Of a stretch of DNA of 46,222 nucleotides, positions 9,601 to 19,172 are shown piece after piece. A model generated the notes under the pieces. That model saw only the letters and a program-made list of their open reading frames with translations. It searched no databases and had not been told where the DNA came from. A program made the translations under genes and the position numbers. Source of the stretch: an uncultured Algibacter sp. (GTDB lineage Bacteria; Bacteroidota; Bacteroidia; Flavobacteriales; Flavobacteriaceae); contig CALHCQ010000008.1 in assembly GCA_937936645.1 (NCBI GenBank), forward strand, positions 1-46,222. The letters run 5' to 3'. Each line of letters opens with the position of its first letter. Position 1 is the first letter of the stretch.

Positions 9601-12600
9601 TAAAGGTAAATTAATTTGATTTAATTCTGGCCATACTACATTAGCGTCTCTAGATCCTGGTTCAGATTTTTGCAATGGCAGTTCTATTTGATAGTAATTC
9701 TGAGTTAAATCGTTACCCATACGCACAAAACCAACCAAAGATCTATTAGGATCGTTATCGCTAGCGTCTATAAAACCATTATTTTCTTCTTCGGCATGAA
9801 TAAACATTCTTAAACGTTTATACTGACGCATATCTAAACTTACATTTTTAAACACACCTCTGGAATCTTGCGATTCTAAATCGCAGACATTAACAACTAA
9901 CGATTGTTCATTTTGCCTAATTACGGTATTGTTGTTTAATAATTCTTCTTGTGCAATACCTGGAGGTATAACATAACTTTCTGGATTTTCTATAGTCCCG
10001 ACTATGCCTACAAAAAAATCGGTATCATCATCTTCTGGATCGTCATTATCAACATCTAAAGTTTGTCTGTAACGTCTCCAATCACTTCTAACAAGATCTA
10101 AAGTACCAAAACGCATTACAGTGTTTTGTTGAAAGTCTTTTAAAAACATTCTTACAAAGCGAATAGACCTAAAATCTGTAATACCACCAAAACGTTTATA
10201 CGGAATATTTCTAGGATCTGTATTATCGTCAAAACGTTCTAAAGGAACATCTATAGGTATTCTAATTTGATACCAACGTACATTTACACGGTCTCCATTA
10301 GGTAATTCTCTAGGTTGCACTCTAATATCGTTTATAAACTCCTGTAACGGATTACTGTCTTGAATAGCATTAACATCGTCTACCGCTGGAAGCGTATTTC
10401 TATTAAGATCTAATTCATACTGGAAATAACTGTCTATGGTATTCATCGTGTTATCACGATTAATATCTTCTACATCTGGCTGTGTATTTCCTGCGCGTTG
10501 TGTGTCTGAGAATGTTTCTGGTGTATTACCTTGTACACCGTTAAATCTTCTATAGCGTTCAAAAATATCACCATCTGTATTTAAGAAATACGTGTAATTA
10601 TCTTTGGCAGGATCGTCTCCAAAATTTTCTCCAAATACGCGTCTTTCATCATCGTCATCATAACCATCGTAACCAACATCTTGGTTTGTTCGTTCGTCGC
10701 CAGTAGAATCGAAAGCATAAATTAATGATTGATTTAATGGAACAACTGTTCCAAAATCGGTTTGTGGCAAGGTTGTTATATCGCCATTTGTTGGTAGTCC
10801 GTTTTCAAATAATTTACGTCCATCTTTAATAACATCTTCAGATATATTACCTAGGTTAAATACTAATTTACCACCTGCTGTTGCTGCATTTGGATTCCCT
10901 TGAAAAGGATCTTGCAACCAAAACTCGATATACTCTACGTTAGATTGTTCTAAATCGGAAGATCTTAATTGTCTAGTTATACCTGCCCAAGAATCTTGAG
11001 GGTTGGTTAATGTATTACCGTCGTTAGCTAAACCTGTTGTTTGAAAATTATACGGCCCACGTTCTTCTGGATAATAAGCTAAATCTAATGTGTTAATTAT
11101 AGCTAACTGACCTTGAACTAAATCACGATCTGGGAATAACTCATTTATAAATACACGACTTGTAAACAGATCTGAAACATCCTCATCGGATATACCATCT
11201 GGTCGCTGTCGCGAATAAAAAACAGGATCTATAGTATACCAGTTTAGAAGTGCTCTACCAAAACCGTTTTGTATACCATTAGCATCTTCTACGGTATTAC
11301 CGTCATCTCCATCTAAATTTAATGGTCTACTAGACAAGAACCAAGATTGTTGTGATTTTAAATCTATAGCATTTTGCGACCCTTCAAAATCATCTAAATA
11401 TGATGTAGCTTCACCATTTAAATTTGTAGCATTAGGAGCTCCAGGTGCTAAATGAGCAAATTCGCCACGAATGGACAAATTAGATTCGGCATCAGTGTCT
11501 ATGTTAGGCAGCTTATTTACTAATCGCGTTAAAAAAGGCACCTTGGTAGCGTAATTACCATTAAAACCAAAAATAGTATTATTAATAGGCTCTGTACCAA
11601 AATTTGCTTTTTGTGTAAGTGGTCTTTCTTTTAAATTTAAAAGTGTAGCACCTAACACAAAATTATCGGTAAATTTATGCTCTACATTTATACCTGCAAA
11701 ACGTTTGGTTTGCTGCCCAAATACAGCATTGTTTTCTGTAGAAACTTGTATAGGTATGTTAGAAGCTTTTAAAGCTTCGTCTAAAATTTGCACACGTCCT
11801 AATTGATAATTTACAGTATAATCTACCCCTTCTACCAAAAGACGTCCACCTGCGGTTACTTGCACAGAACCTCGAGGTACATTAAATGCTCCTAAAGGAA
11901 TACCATCGCCCCCAGAAGACTTGTAACGTCCTCTTAATTGAAATTTATTTTTTTCTATTTCCTCTAAAGCTGCTGTTTTTGTGCTTTTATAAAGAATATC
12001 GTAAACGTATTTTTCTTGGTTTGGATTATCGAAACGATCGGCTTCATAATCGGCAGCATTATCATTAGGATTACCATCGTCATCTAATACGTCAAACAAG
12101 TATCGCCCAAAAGGCTCTACTTTGGTAAATATTATTTTTCCATTTTGAGGTAACACAGTTAGTCCTGGTACGTAATCAAAAAAACCATCGCCATTGGTTT
12201 GTGGGTCATTGTTAAAATTCAACTTATCTAAATTAAACAACCTTAATAATGGCGTTTCTTGTATAAGTCTATCGTCCGCTGGGTTTTGTGTTAAATTATT
12301 AAATATAGGAAATGTAGTACCTTCTACTGGTGTTATAAAGTTAAGTGGTGAAGCTTCGTTGTAAAAAAGATTAAATCTAAAATCTTCTGGACTTAAATTA
12401 AAGGCTCCTGTGTCGTAGATATTTTTCATCATTAAGTCCCAAACAGGTTCGTCGACACTAGTAATACTACTTTTCAATAATTTTAATACCAAGTTGGTGT
12501 TTACAACTTGTGTTACTTGATTTTGATTATTATTAGGCGTATTTGCTGGCGCATTAACATCGGTAGCATTTATACCATCGTTAGCAAACTCTCCAACTTG

Positions 12601-14040
12601 AAAAACTTCGCCTCTTACTGTATATTGAAACGCGACTGCTAAAACTTCATCATTATTTAATCTTTGGTTTAATGACACATAACCTAAAGCTGAATTAAAA
12701 ACATATTCTTGACCGTTAGTTAATTTTCTAGCGTTTTCTAAACGTATATAATCAAAACCTTCTTGCACACTGGTAGACAAAGCACCAAAGCCTTGTTGTA
12801 CCGTAGCAATGTCTCTAATCCCTTCGGTTAAGGCAGAGCCAGAACCTATGGTTATTGGGTTAAGATTGTTGTTTGCATTGTCGGGAAATGCTCCAGGGGC
12901 TGCTGTTACAGTTACAAAGCTTTTTACTCGAGAGGATTCTCCTAAATCTTGAAGTGCTACAATGTTTCTTACGTTTTCGGTTCTATTACTTCTATTGGTT
13001 ATCCAAACTTCTAAACGCGTAATTTGCAAACCACTATTGTTTATAAACGGATAATTTTCTAAAGATTGATTGTAGGTATCTCTAAAATATTGTGATAAAA
13101 AGAAATGACGATTTTCGTCGTAATCTCTAGCAAATAAATCGAACTCTTCTAAAGTTCCGCCTCCTTCTGAAACGACTGTTGTTGCTTGAGATTTTTGTTC
13201 AGAAAACACACCGGTTACTGTTGTTTTCCCGAATTGCAGTTGTGCTTTAACACCAAATAAACTTTGCGCTCCTGTTATTAAAGAACTGTTTAAAGGCATA
13301 CTTACGTTACCAACTTCTATTTTTTGAATGATAGCATCCTCACCCCCACCTGCTGTTGGGTCGAACTCTAGCTTAATAAGGTTCTGAAAATCGAACGTAG
13401 ATTCGGTATCGTAATTTGCATTTACTCTTACTCTAGTACCTACCTTACCTAGTAAACTTAAACTAATACGCTGGTCAAAATCAAAAGTAAAATTATTTCT
13501 ATTTCTAGGAGAAAATGTTGGATTGTCTTGTCTTGAAAACAAAACACCCAAATCCATTTCTACAGATCCTTGAGGAACAACTTCTATAACATTACTACCA
13601 AAAATGGTAGCAAAAAGATCGGACTTAATATAGAATTCTGGAAGTAGATTTTTTTGTCCATCTTCAGAATCACTTTTCTTACCATCGAACGCATCTATTT
13701 TATCGTGATAATATTTTTTTAAATTTTCTTTGGCAACTAAATCTTGATATTCTTTTTCTGTTAAGATTATAGGGTAGTTAATATTAAAATCGCCAATTTT
13801 TTCGGTATAAATGTATCTATTTGTAGTCGCATCGAAAACATATTTAGATTCTATACTATTAGACTTTGGTGTTTTTATAGTCCCTAAATTAAACCCCGTT
13901 TTTGTGGAGTCTTGAGGTTGCGGTGTTTGAGACCAAAGTGGTAAGACAAATAATAAAGCCAAAAGTAAAAAAACACTTGTAAAGTGATTTTTACATGTTG
14001 TTATAATTGTTTTAAATGAATTATAATTAACAGTGTTCAA
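6652..14040 (-). CDS. sprA: Type IX secretion system outer-membrane translocon SprA/Sov
   Basis: 2462 aa, signal peptide, FDFDQRISLSLLGKVG, WFNELRLS, C-terminal beta-strand TLRYNFGN; canonical ruvA-sprA-gcvH order. Confidence 0.96.
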   Translation of the reverse strand: MNTVNYNSFKTIITTCKNHFTSVFLLLALLFVLPLWSQTPQPQDSTKTGFNLGTIKTPKSNSIESKYVFDATTNRYIYTEKIGDFNINYPIILTEKEYQDLVAKENLKKYYHDKIDAFDGKKSDSEDGQKNLLPEFYIKSDLFATIFGSNVIEVVPQGSVEMDLGVLFSRQDNPTFSPRNRNNFTFDFDQRISLSLLGKVGTRVRVNANYDTESTFDFQNLIKLEFDPTAGGGEDAIIQKIEVGNVSMPLNSSLITGAQSLFGVKAQLQFGKTTVTGVFSEQKSQATTVVSEGGGTLEEFDLFARDYDENRHFFLSQYFRDTYNQSLENYPFINNSGLQITRLEVWITNRSNRTENVRNIVALQDLGESSRVKSFVTVTAAPGAFPDNANNNLNPITIGSGSALTEGIRDIATVQQGFGALSTSVQEGFDYIRLENARKLTNGQEYVFNSALGYVSLNQRLNNDEVLAVAFQYTVRGEVFQVGEFANDGINATDVNAPANTPNNNQNQVTQVVNTNLVLKLLKSSITSVDEPVWDLMMKNIYDTGAFNLSPEDFRFNLFYNEASPLNFITPVEGTTFPIFNNLTQNPADDRLIQETPLLRLFNLDKLNFNNDPQTNGDGFFDYVPGLTVLPQNGKIIFTKVEPFGRYLFDVLDDDGNPNDNAADYEADRFDNPNQEKYVYDILYKSTKTAALEEIEKNKFQLRGRYKSSGGDGIPLGAFNVPRGSVQVTAGGRLLVEGVDYTVNYQLGRVQILDEALKASNIPIQVSTENNAVFGQQTKRFAGINVEHKFTDNFVLGATLLNLKERPLTQKANFGTEPINNTIFGFNGNYATKVPFLTRLVNKLPNIDTDAESNLSIRGEFAHLAPGAPNATNLNGEATSYLDDFEGSQNAIDLKSQQSWFLSSRPLNLDGDDGNTVEDANGIQNGFGRALLNWYTIDPVFYSRQRPDGISDEDVSDLFTSRVFINELFPDRDLVQGQLAIINTLDLAYYPEERGPYNFQTTGLANDGNTLTNPQDSWAGITRQLRSSDLEQSNVEYIEFWLQDPFQGNPNAATAGGKLVFNLGNISEDVIKDGRKLFENGLPTNGDITTLPQTDFGTVVPLNQSLIYAFDSTGDERTNQDVGYDGYDDDDERRVFGENFGDDPAKDNYTYFLNTDGDIFERYRRFNGVQGNTPETFSDTQRAGNTQPDVEDINRDNTMNTIDSYFQYELDLNRNTLPAVDDVNAIQDSNPLQEFINDIRVQPRELPNGDRVNVRWYQIRIPIDVPLERFDDNTDPRNIPYKRFGGITDFRSIRFVRMFLKDFQQNTVMRFGTLDLVRSDWRRYRQTLDVDNDDPEDDDTDFFVGIVGTIENPESYVIPPGIAQEELLNNNTVIRQNEQSLVVNVCDLESQDSRGVFKNVSLDMRQYKRLRMFIHAEEENNGFIDASDNDPNRSLVGFVRMGNDLTQNYYQIELPLQKSEPGSRDANVVWPELNQINLPLDVLGQIKARVLANPPLTNGEAAFYDVVNGQVSANNVNQFSPYTPGQHRVAIKGNPNFGDIRTIMVGVKNAVAGDTPILSPVCAQVWFNELRLSGLDNEGGWAAVLSVDTNIADFANISATGRRSTTGFGTIEQGPSQRSLEDVKQYDVVTNVNLGQLLPKKWGIQLPFNYAQSEELVTPKYDQFFKDLTLKSRLDAAATSEDRDEIKENSEDYTKRQSINFIGVRKTRTGEKAPRFYDVENLTLNFSHNKQEHRDFEIENALDETVRAGVNYAFNFNPKPIEPFKKNDSIFKSKYWKIIKDFNFNPLPTSFSVNTDFNRQFNKQKFREIDLGGDNIGIEELFKRNYTFDFQYNINYNLTKSLQLNFTAANNNIVRNYFVDNIVNGEQDPTLDVWDGFFDFGDPNRQNQDLGLTYKLPLNKIPTLSFVDATYQYSGNFQWQKGSDLFGDLAFNGQTFDLGNTIQNANTHNINATLDMKKFYKHIGLVKKPKRNIRSRTVAKTKAGEKSKKAPKIKKSNPFLDAGIDALSSIKRITFNYSENNGTFLPGYLQTPGFIGTLKPSLGYTFGSQRDVRDLAARRGWLTVFPEFNQQYTSTQTKQLDIALNLQPVRTLKIDVIANRTNFENTTENFQAIDNDGDGLSDVYNPLTTNTFGNFGISTLLIKTAFSKSDEISSQPFNAFRSNRLVVANRLARKFYGNTSFGRDADGFPEGFGKNSQSVLIPSFLAAYSGTDENKVKTSPFRNIPLPNWDLKYTGFMKFKWFKKRFKRFSLTHGYRSSYTINQFQTNLDFTAGNPDIAFNDPNQQEALDQSNNFKNERLFSNINLSEIFSPLIRVDFEMKNSIKVLAEIQKDRTLSLSLDNNLLTEIQGYEYIFGLGYRIKDVRIKSQLAGPKKRIVSDLNMKADISIRDNKTIIRYLDLDNDQVTTGQTIWGLKYSADYAFSKNLIGIFYFDYSFAEYAISTAFPQTTIRSGITLRYNFGN

Positions 14041-14044
14041 ATTA

Positions 14045-14626
14045 TTATAGTTTTTTTAAAGCCTGTTTAATAATATCCTCTACGCTTGCTTCTGGGTGTT
14101 CTACTAAAATTTTATCGACAACGCGCTCGGCTTGTTTTTTAACAAAACCTAGGACTTCTAATGCTGATAACGCTTCATCTTTATTGGTATTGCCTCTATT
14201 AACAGAAACTTCGTCTATATCGTAGATTTTTAACACTTTATCTTTAAGATCCAATATAACACGTTGGGCTGTTTTTGCACCAATGCCTTTTATAGATTGT
14301 ATTAATGCAACATCGCCAATAGCAATACCCTCTCTTACTTGTTTGGGTGTTAAAGACGATAGCATGGTACGTGCAATATTAGCACCTATACCACTTACAG
14401 ACAGTAATAACCTAAATATTTCTCGCTCGGCTAAAGAAGAAAACCCATACAATGTATGGGAGTCTTCTTTAACCTGCAAGTGTGTATATAATTTTTGCTG
14501 CTCGTTATCTGTAATTTGAGAAAAAGTATGTAATGATATATTTAACATATAACCAACACCATTACAGTCTATAACAACATGTGTCGGATTTTTTTCTGTA
14601 AGTTTTCCTTGTATATGTGTAATCAT
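14045..14626 (-). CDS. ruvA: Holliday junction branch migration protein RuvA
   Basis: GVGY, LYGF, HhH motifs VSGIG and IKGIGAKTAQR, EALSALEVLGF. Confidence 0.97.
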   Translation of the reverse strand: MITHIQGKLTEKNPTHVVIDCNGVGYMLNISLHTFSQITDNEQQKLYTHLQVKEDSHTLYGFSSLAEREIFRLLLSVSGIGANIARTMLSSLTPKQVREGIAIGDVALIQSIKGIGAKTAQRVILDLKDKVLKIYDIDEVSVNRGNTNKDEALSALEVLGFVKKQAERVVDKILVEHPEASVEDIIKQALKKL

Positions 14627-14646
14627 CTATAAAATACTTTTGCTTT

Positions 14647-14654
14647 CAAATGTA
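14647..14654 (-). promoter_or_regulatory. -7 box (TACATTTG) for ruvA-sprA
   Basis: Exact TAnnTTTG match 20 nt upstream of the ruvA ATG. Confidence 0.7.
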
Positions 14655-14673
14655 AGAAATTTTAATGAGTTGG

Positions 14674-16962
14674 TTATACTAGCTCTAATTCCTTTTTTTC
14701 TTTGTATTGAGCATCTATTACAGCTATGGCAGTCATGTTTACAATTTCGTCTACACTAGCATGTAATTGAAGAATATGAACAGGCTTACGCATACCCATC
14801 ATTATTGGCCCTATAGAGTCGGCTTCATTTAACTCTTTTAAAAGTTTATAAGTAATATTTGCAGAATCTAGATTAGGAAATATTAATGTATTTACTTTTT
14901 TACCTGCCAATTTAGAAAAAGGAAATTGATCTTGTAACATCTCGTTATTTAAAGCAAAATCTGTTTGCAGCTCGCCATCGACAACCAAATCGGGATGACT
15001 TCTATGCAACATAGCTACCGCATCTCTAACCTTTGTACCTTGTTCGTTTTGAGATGAACCAAAGTTAGAAAACGACGTCATGGCCATAACAGGCTCTAGA
15101 CCAAATGTTTTTACAACATTGGCTGTCATTTGCGCAATTCTATAAAGATCTTTTGCTCCTGGATTAATATTTATAGAGGTGTCGCTTAAAAATAAAGGAC
15201 CACGTTTTGTTATCATAACATTAGTCGTTGCAATTCGCGACACGCCTTTTGCCATACCTATAAGTTCAAGCATAGGTTTTACAACCGATGGGTAGTTACG
15301 AGAGTACCCCGAGATTAATGCATCGGCATCACCTTCGTTTACCATCATAGCTGCAAAATAATTACGCTCACGCATTAAGCGTTTAGCAGAGTAAAATGTT
15401 ACACCTTTTCGTTTTCTTTGCTCCCAATATACTTTGGCGTATTTTTCTTTACGTGGGTTTTCTTCTTCTGTTTTAGGGTCTATAATAAGTACATCTTCGT
15501 CAAAACCAATTTCTTTCATTAACTCCTCGATGGTTTCCTTTCTTCCTAGTAAAATAGGAATTGCAATACCTTCTTCAAGAGCTATTTGTGCTGCTTTTAA
15601 AACATCTAACTGATCTGCTTCAGCAAAGACAACTCTTTTTGGATCTAGCTTTGCGCGATTTAATAGTAATCGAACTAATTTATTATCCGATCCTAATCGG
15701 CTTTGTAACGTTTCTTTGTACTTATCCCAATCTAAAATAGGATTTTTAGCCACCCCACTATCCATAGCTGCTTTTGCTACCGCAGGCGGGATTTCGGCTA
15801 TTAACCTTGGATCAAATGGTTTAGGTATAATGTAATCTTTACCAAAAGTTAATCGTGTTTTACCATAAGCCACATTAACTTGTTCTGGCACGGGTTCTTT
15901 TGCTAATTTTGCTAAAGCTTGTACCGCTGCCATTTTCATGGCTTCGTTTATGGCACTAGAGCGCACATCTAAAGCCCCTCTAAATATAAACGGAAAACCT
16001 AAAACATTATTAACTTGGTTGGGGGTATCGCTTCGACCAGTTGCCATAATAATATCGTCGCGTGTGTCTACAGCTAATTGATATTTTATTTCTGGGTTAG
16101 GGTTTGCCATGGCAAAAACAATAGGTTTTTTGGCCATAGTAAGTAACATAGCAGGTGTTACAATATCGGCCATAGATAGTCCTATAAAAACATCGGCGTC
16201 TACCATAGCTTCGTCTAGCGTATCAATTTGTCTATCTGTAGCAAATTCTGCTTTTTGAGAGGTTAAGTTACCTCTATCTTTTCTAATAACACCTTTACTA
16301 TCTAGCATAACCATGTTTTCGCGCTTAGCGCCACATGCTTGATATAATCGAGAACAAGAAATGGCTGCTGCTCCTGCACCACTAATAACTATTTTTACTT
16401 TACTAATATCTTTTTCTGCAATTTCTAGAGCATTTATTAATGCTGCCGCAGATATGATAGCTGTACCGTGTTGGTCATCGTGCATAACCGGTATATCTAG
16501 CTCTTCTTTTAGGCGTCTTTCAATTTCAAAAGCTTCTGGGGCTTTTATATCTTCAAGGTTAATACCTCCAAAAGTTGGTGCTATATTTTTTACTGTTTCT
16601 ATAAATTCATCAATATTTTCGGTATCGACTTCTATATCAAAAACATCAATATCTGCAAATATTTTAAACAATAAACCTTTACCTTCCATTACAGGTTTAG
16701 AAGCATCTGGACCTATGTTTCCTAATCCTAAAACGGCTGTACCGTTAGATATAACAGCTACTAAATTCCCTTTAGCTGTATATTTATAGGCATTTTCTTT
16801 ATCTTTTTCGATCTCTAAACAAGGCTCTGCAACACCAGGAGAATAAGCCAGAGACAAATCTCTTTGTGTGGCATATTTTTTTGTTGGTACTACGGCTATT
16901 TTACCTGGAGTAGGTTTTTCGTGATATGTTAAAGCTTCACTACGTTTGTTTTGTTTACTCAT
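14674..16962 (-). CDS. maeB: NADP-dependent malic enzyme with C-terminal phosphotransacetylase-like domain
   Basis: LAYSPGVA, SKPVMEGK, HDDQHGTAI, GAGAAA; C-terminal DGELQ..FPNLDSANI. Confidence 0.96.
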   Translation of the reverse strand: MSKQNKRSEALTYHEKPTPGKIAVVPTKKYATQRDLSLAYSPGVAEPCLEIEKDKENAYKYTAKGNLVAVISNGTAVLGLGNIGPDASKPVMEGKGLLFKIFADIDVFDIEVDTENIDEFIETVKNIAPTFGGINLEDIKAPEAFEIERRLKEELDIPVMHDDQHGTAIISAAALINALEIAEKDISKVKIVISGAGAAAISCSRLYQACGAKRENMVMLDSKGVIRKDRGNLTSQKAEFATDRQIDTLDEAMVDADVFIGLSMADIVTPAMLLTMAKKPIVFAMANPNPEIKYQLAVDTRDDIIMATGRSDTPNQVNNVLGFPFIFRGALDVRSSAINEAMKMAAVQALAKLAKEPVPEQVNVAYGKTRLTFGKDYIIPKPFDPRLIAEIPPAVAKAAMDSGVAKNPILDWDKYKETLQSRLGSDNKLVRLLLNRAKLDPKRVVFAEADQLDVLKAAQIALEEGIAIPILLGRKETIEELMKEIGFDEDVLIIDPKTEEENPRKEKYAKVYWEQRKRKGVTFYSAKRLMRERNYFAAMMVNEGDADALISGYSRNYPSVVKPMLELIGMAKGVSRIATTNVMITKRGPLFLSDTSININPGAKDLYRIAQMTANVVKTFGLEPVMAMTSFSNFGSSQNEQGTKVRDAVAMLHRSHPDLVVDGELQTDFALNNEMLQDQFPFSKLAGKKVNTLIFPNLDSANITYKLLKELNEADSIGPIMMGMRKPVHILQLHASVDEIVNMTAIAVIDAQYKEKKELELV

Positions 16963-16987
16963 AATTGGGCATAATTTACTGAACGAA

Positions 16988-16995
16988 CAAATATA
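16988..16995 (-). promoter_or_regulatory. -7 box (TATATTTG) for maeB
   Basis: Exact TAnnTTTG match. Confidence 0.7.
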
Positions 16996-17013
16996 GTAAT
17001 TGTAATGATATAA

Positions 17014-17946
17014 CTAATCCTTTAAAAATTGGATATTTCTTGTTAATCCTGAAAATTTTGTTCGTTTTACTGCAGATTTTTGAAATACTTTTTTAAAAGT
17101 GTCTTCTGTAATTTCTTGCCAATCTTTATTTGTTAAAGATAATAAATCTGGATGCGGGTTAAAAAGTGGCTCATTGTGTGGTTTAGAAAAACGATTCCAG
17201 GGGCAAACATCTTGGCAAACATCGCAGCCAAACATCCAATCGTCCATTTTATCTTTAAAACCAGTAGGTATATTTTCTTTTAGCTCTATGGTTAAGTAAG
17301 AAATACATTTACTTCCATCTACTACATGAGGCGAAGTGATGGCTTGCGTTGGGCACGCATCTAAGCATGCGGTACAAGACCCACAATGGTCGGTTGTGGC
17401 ATGGTCGTACTCTAAATCTAAATCGATAATTAATTCAGCTATAAAATAAAACGAACCAACTTTTTGTGTTAGCAAATTACTGTGCTTACCAATCCACCCT
17501 AAACCAGATTTGGCGGCCCAAGCTTTGTCTAGAACAGGAGCAGAATCTACAAAGGCGCGACCGCTAACCTCTCCTATTTCATCTTGAATAAAATATAATA
17601 GTGATTTTAATTTGTGTTTTATAACATGATGATAATCGTTACCATAAGCGTACTTACTAATTTTAGGAGCAGTGCTGTCAATTTGAGTATCACTAGGATA
17701 ATAATTTAATAATAATGATATAACACTTTTAGAATCTTCGACCAATTTGGTAGGATCTAAACGTTTATCAAAATGGTTTTCCATGTACTGCATGTTGCCA
17801 TGCATATTTTTGTTTAACCAACGTTCTAAACGAGGCGCTTCTTCTTCTAAAAAACCTGCTTTACTAATACCGCAAGACATAAAACCCAAACGTTTGGCTT
17901 CAGTTTTAATTAAAGTCGTGTACTTTTCTTTATTATTAATCATCAT
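17014..17946 (-). CDS. queG: tRNA epoxyqueuosine(34) reductase QueG
   Basis: [41 protein letters not shown]. Confidence 0.96.
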   Translation of the reverse strand: MMINNKEKYTTLIKTEAKRLGFMSCGISKAGFLEEEAPRLERWLNKNMHGNMQYMENHFDKRLDPTKLVEDSKSVISLLLNYYPSDTQIDSTAPKISKYAYGNDYHHVIKHKLKSLLYFIQDEIGEVSGRAFVDSAPVLDKAWAAKSGLGWIGKHSNLLTQKVGSFYFIAELIIDLDLEYDHATTDHCGSCTACLDACPTQAITSPHVVDGSKCISYLTIELKENIPTGFKDKMDDWMFGCDVCQDVCPWNRFSKPHNEPLFNPHPDLLSLTNKDWQEITEDTFKKVFQKSAVKRTKFSGLTRNIQFLKD

Positions 17947-17986
17947 AGATTAGCTAAAAGTGCGGTAAAAACAAGGCATGGTTAAA

Positions 17987-19009
17987 CTAAAAAAGGCCAC
18001 CTTGAGTCGGGTTTTTAATTTTACCAAGATGTTTATAAGCAGCGGCTGTAACTTCGCGGCCTCGAGGTGTACGCATAATAAAACCTTGCTGTATTAAAAA
18101 AGGCTCGTAAACTTCTTCTATAGTTTCTGGGCTTTCGCTTACTGCTGTAGCAATAGTAGAGATTCCAACAGGACCACCTTTAAATTTTTCTATAATAGTT
18201 ACTAAAATTTTATTGTCCATCTCATCTAAACCATGAGCATCTACATTAAGCGCATTTAAGGCATATTGGGCAATTTTAATATCTATCTTACCGTTGCCTT
18301 TAATTTGTGCAAAATCTCTAACACGACGTAATAATGCATTTGCAATACGTGGTGTCCCACGGCTTCTTCCAGCAATTTCTATAGCAGCTTCCATAGAAAT
18401 TGGAACATCTAAAATAGTAGCACTACGCTGTACAATGGTAGTTAATAAATCTGTTTTATAATACTGAAGCCTACTTTGGATACCAAAACGAGCACGCATA
18501 GGTGCTGTTAAAAGTCCAGAACGCGTGGTAGCCCCAACTAATGTAAACGGATTTAAATTAATTTGTACTGTTCTAGCATTAGGGCCAGACTCTATCATGA
18601 TATCAATTTTAAAATCCTCCATAGCAGAATATAAATACTCTTCTACAATAGGACTTAATCTATGTATTTCATCAATAAAAAGGACGTCTCGATCTTCTAA
18701 ATTAGTAAGTAATCCTGCTAAGTCACCAGGCTTATCTAAAACCGGACCAGATGTTACTTTAATACCAACATTTAATTCGTTTGATAAAATGTGGGCAAGC
18801 GTTGTTTTACCTAAACCAGGAGGACCATGAAACAGCGTATGATCGAGTGCTTCACCACGTAAATTAGCGGCTTGAACAAATATTTGAAGATTTTCTAATA
18901 CTTGATCTTGACCCGTAAAATCGCTAAACTCTAGGGGTCTTAATTGTTTTTCTATGTCAAATTCTTCTGGAGAAAAATTATCGTTTGATGGATCAAGGTT
19001 TTCGTTCAT
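17987..19009 (-). CDS. ruvB: Holliday junction branch migration helicase RuvB
   Basis: [32 protein letters not shown]. Confidence 0.98.
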   Translation of the reverse strand: MNENLDPSNDNFSPEEFDIEKQLRPLEFSDFTGQDQVLENLQIFVQAANLRGEALDHTLFHGPPGLGKTTLAHILSNELNVGIKVTSGPVLDKPGDLAGLLTNLEDRDVLFIDEIHRLSPIVEEYLYSAMEDFKIDIMIESGPNARTVQINLNPFTLVGATTRSGLLTAPMRARFGIQSRLQYYKTDLLTTIVQRSATILDVPISMEAAIEIAGRSRGTPRIANALLRRVRDFAQIKGNGKIDIKIAQYALNALNVDAHGLDEMDNKILVTIIEKFKGGPVGISTIATAVSESPETIEEVYEPFLIQQGFIMRTPRGREVTAAAYKHLGKIKNPTQGGLF

Positions 19010-19106
19010 AATATAGACGCTAAAACATTAAAAAAATACAAATCTTAACAAAATTGAATGTTATAGATTATGTTTTTAAAAGTACATAAAACTTTATTAT
19101 GTGAGG

Positions 19107-19114
19107 CAAAAATA
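19107..19114 (-). promoter_or_regulatory. -7 box (TATTTTTG) for ruvB-queG
   Basis: Exact TAnnTTTG match overlapping the tail of the upstream terminator. Confidence 0.6.
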
Positions 19115-19155
19115 AAAGAAAAAGCCTTTCCGTAATGGAAAGGCTTTTTCTTTTA
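19113..19155 (-). terminator. Intrinsic terminator of the act-ctaC-ctaD operon
   Basis: Perfect inverted repeat TAAAAGAAAAAGCCTTTCC-gtaat-GGAAAGGCTTTTTCTTTTA. Confidence 0.88.
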
Positions 19156-19172
19156 TGTATAATATTTTAAGT

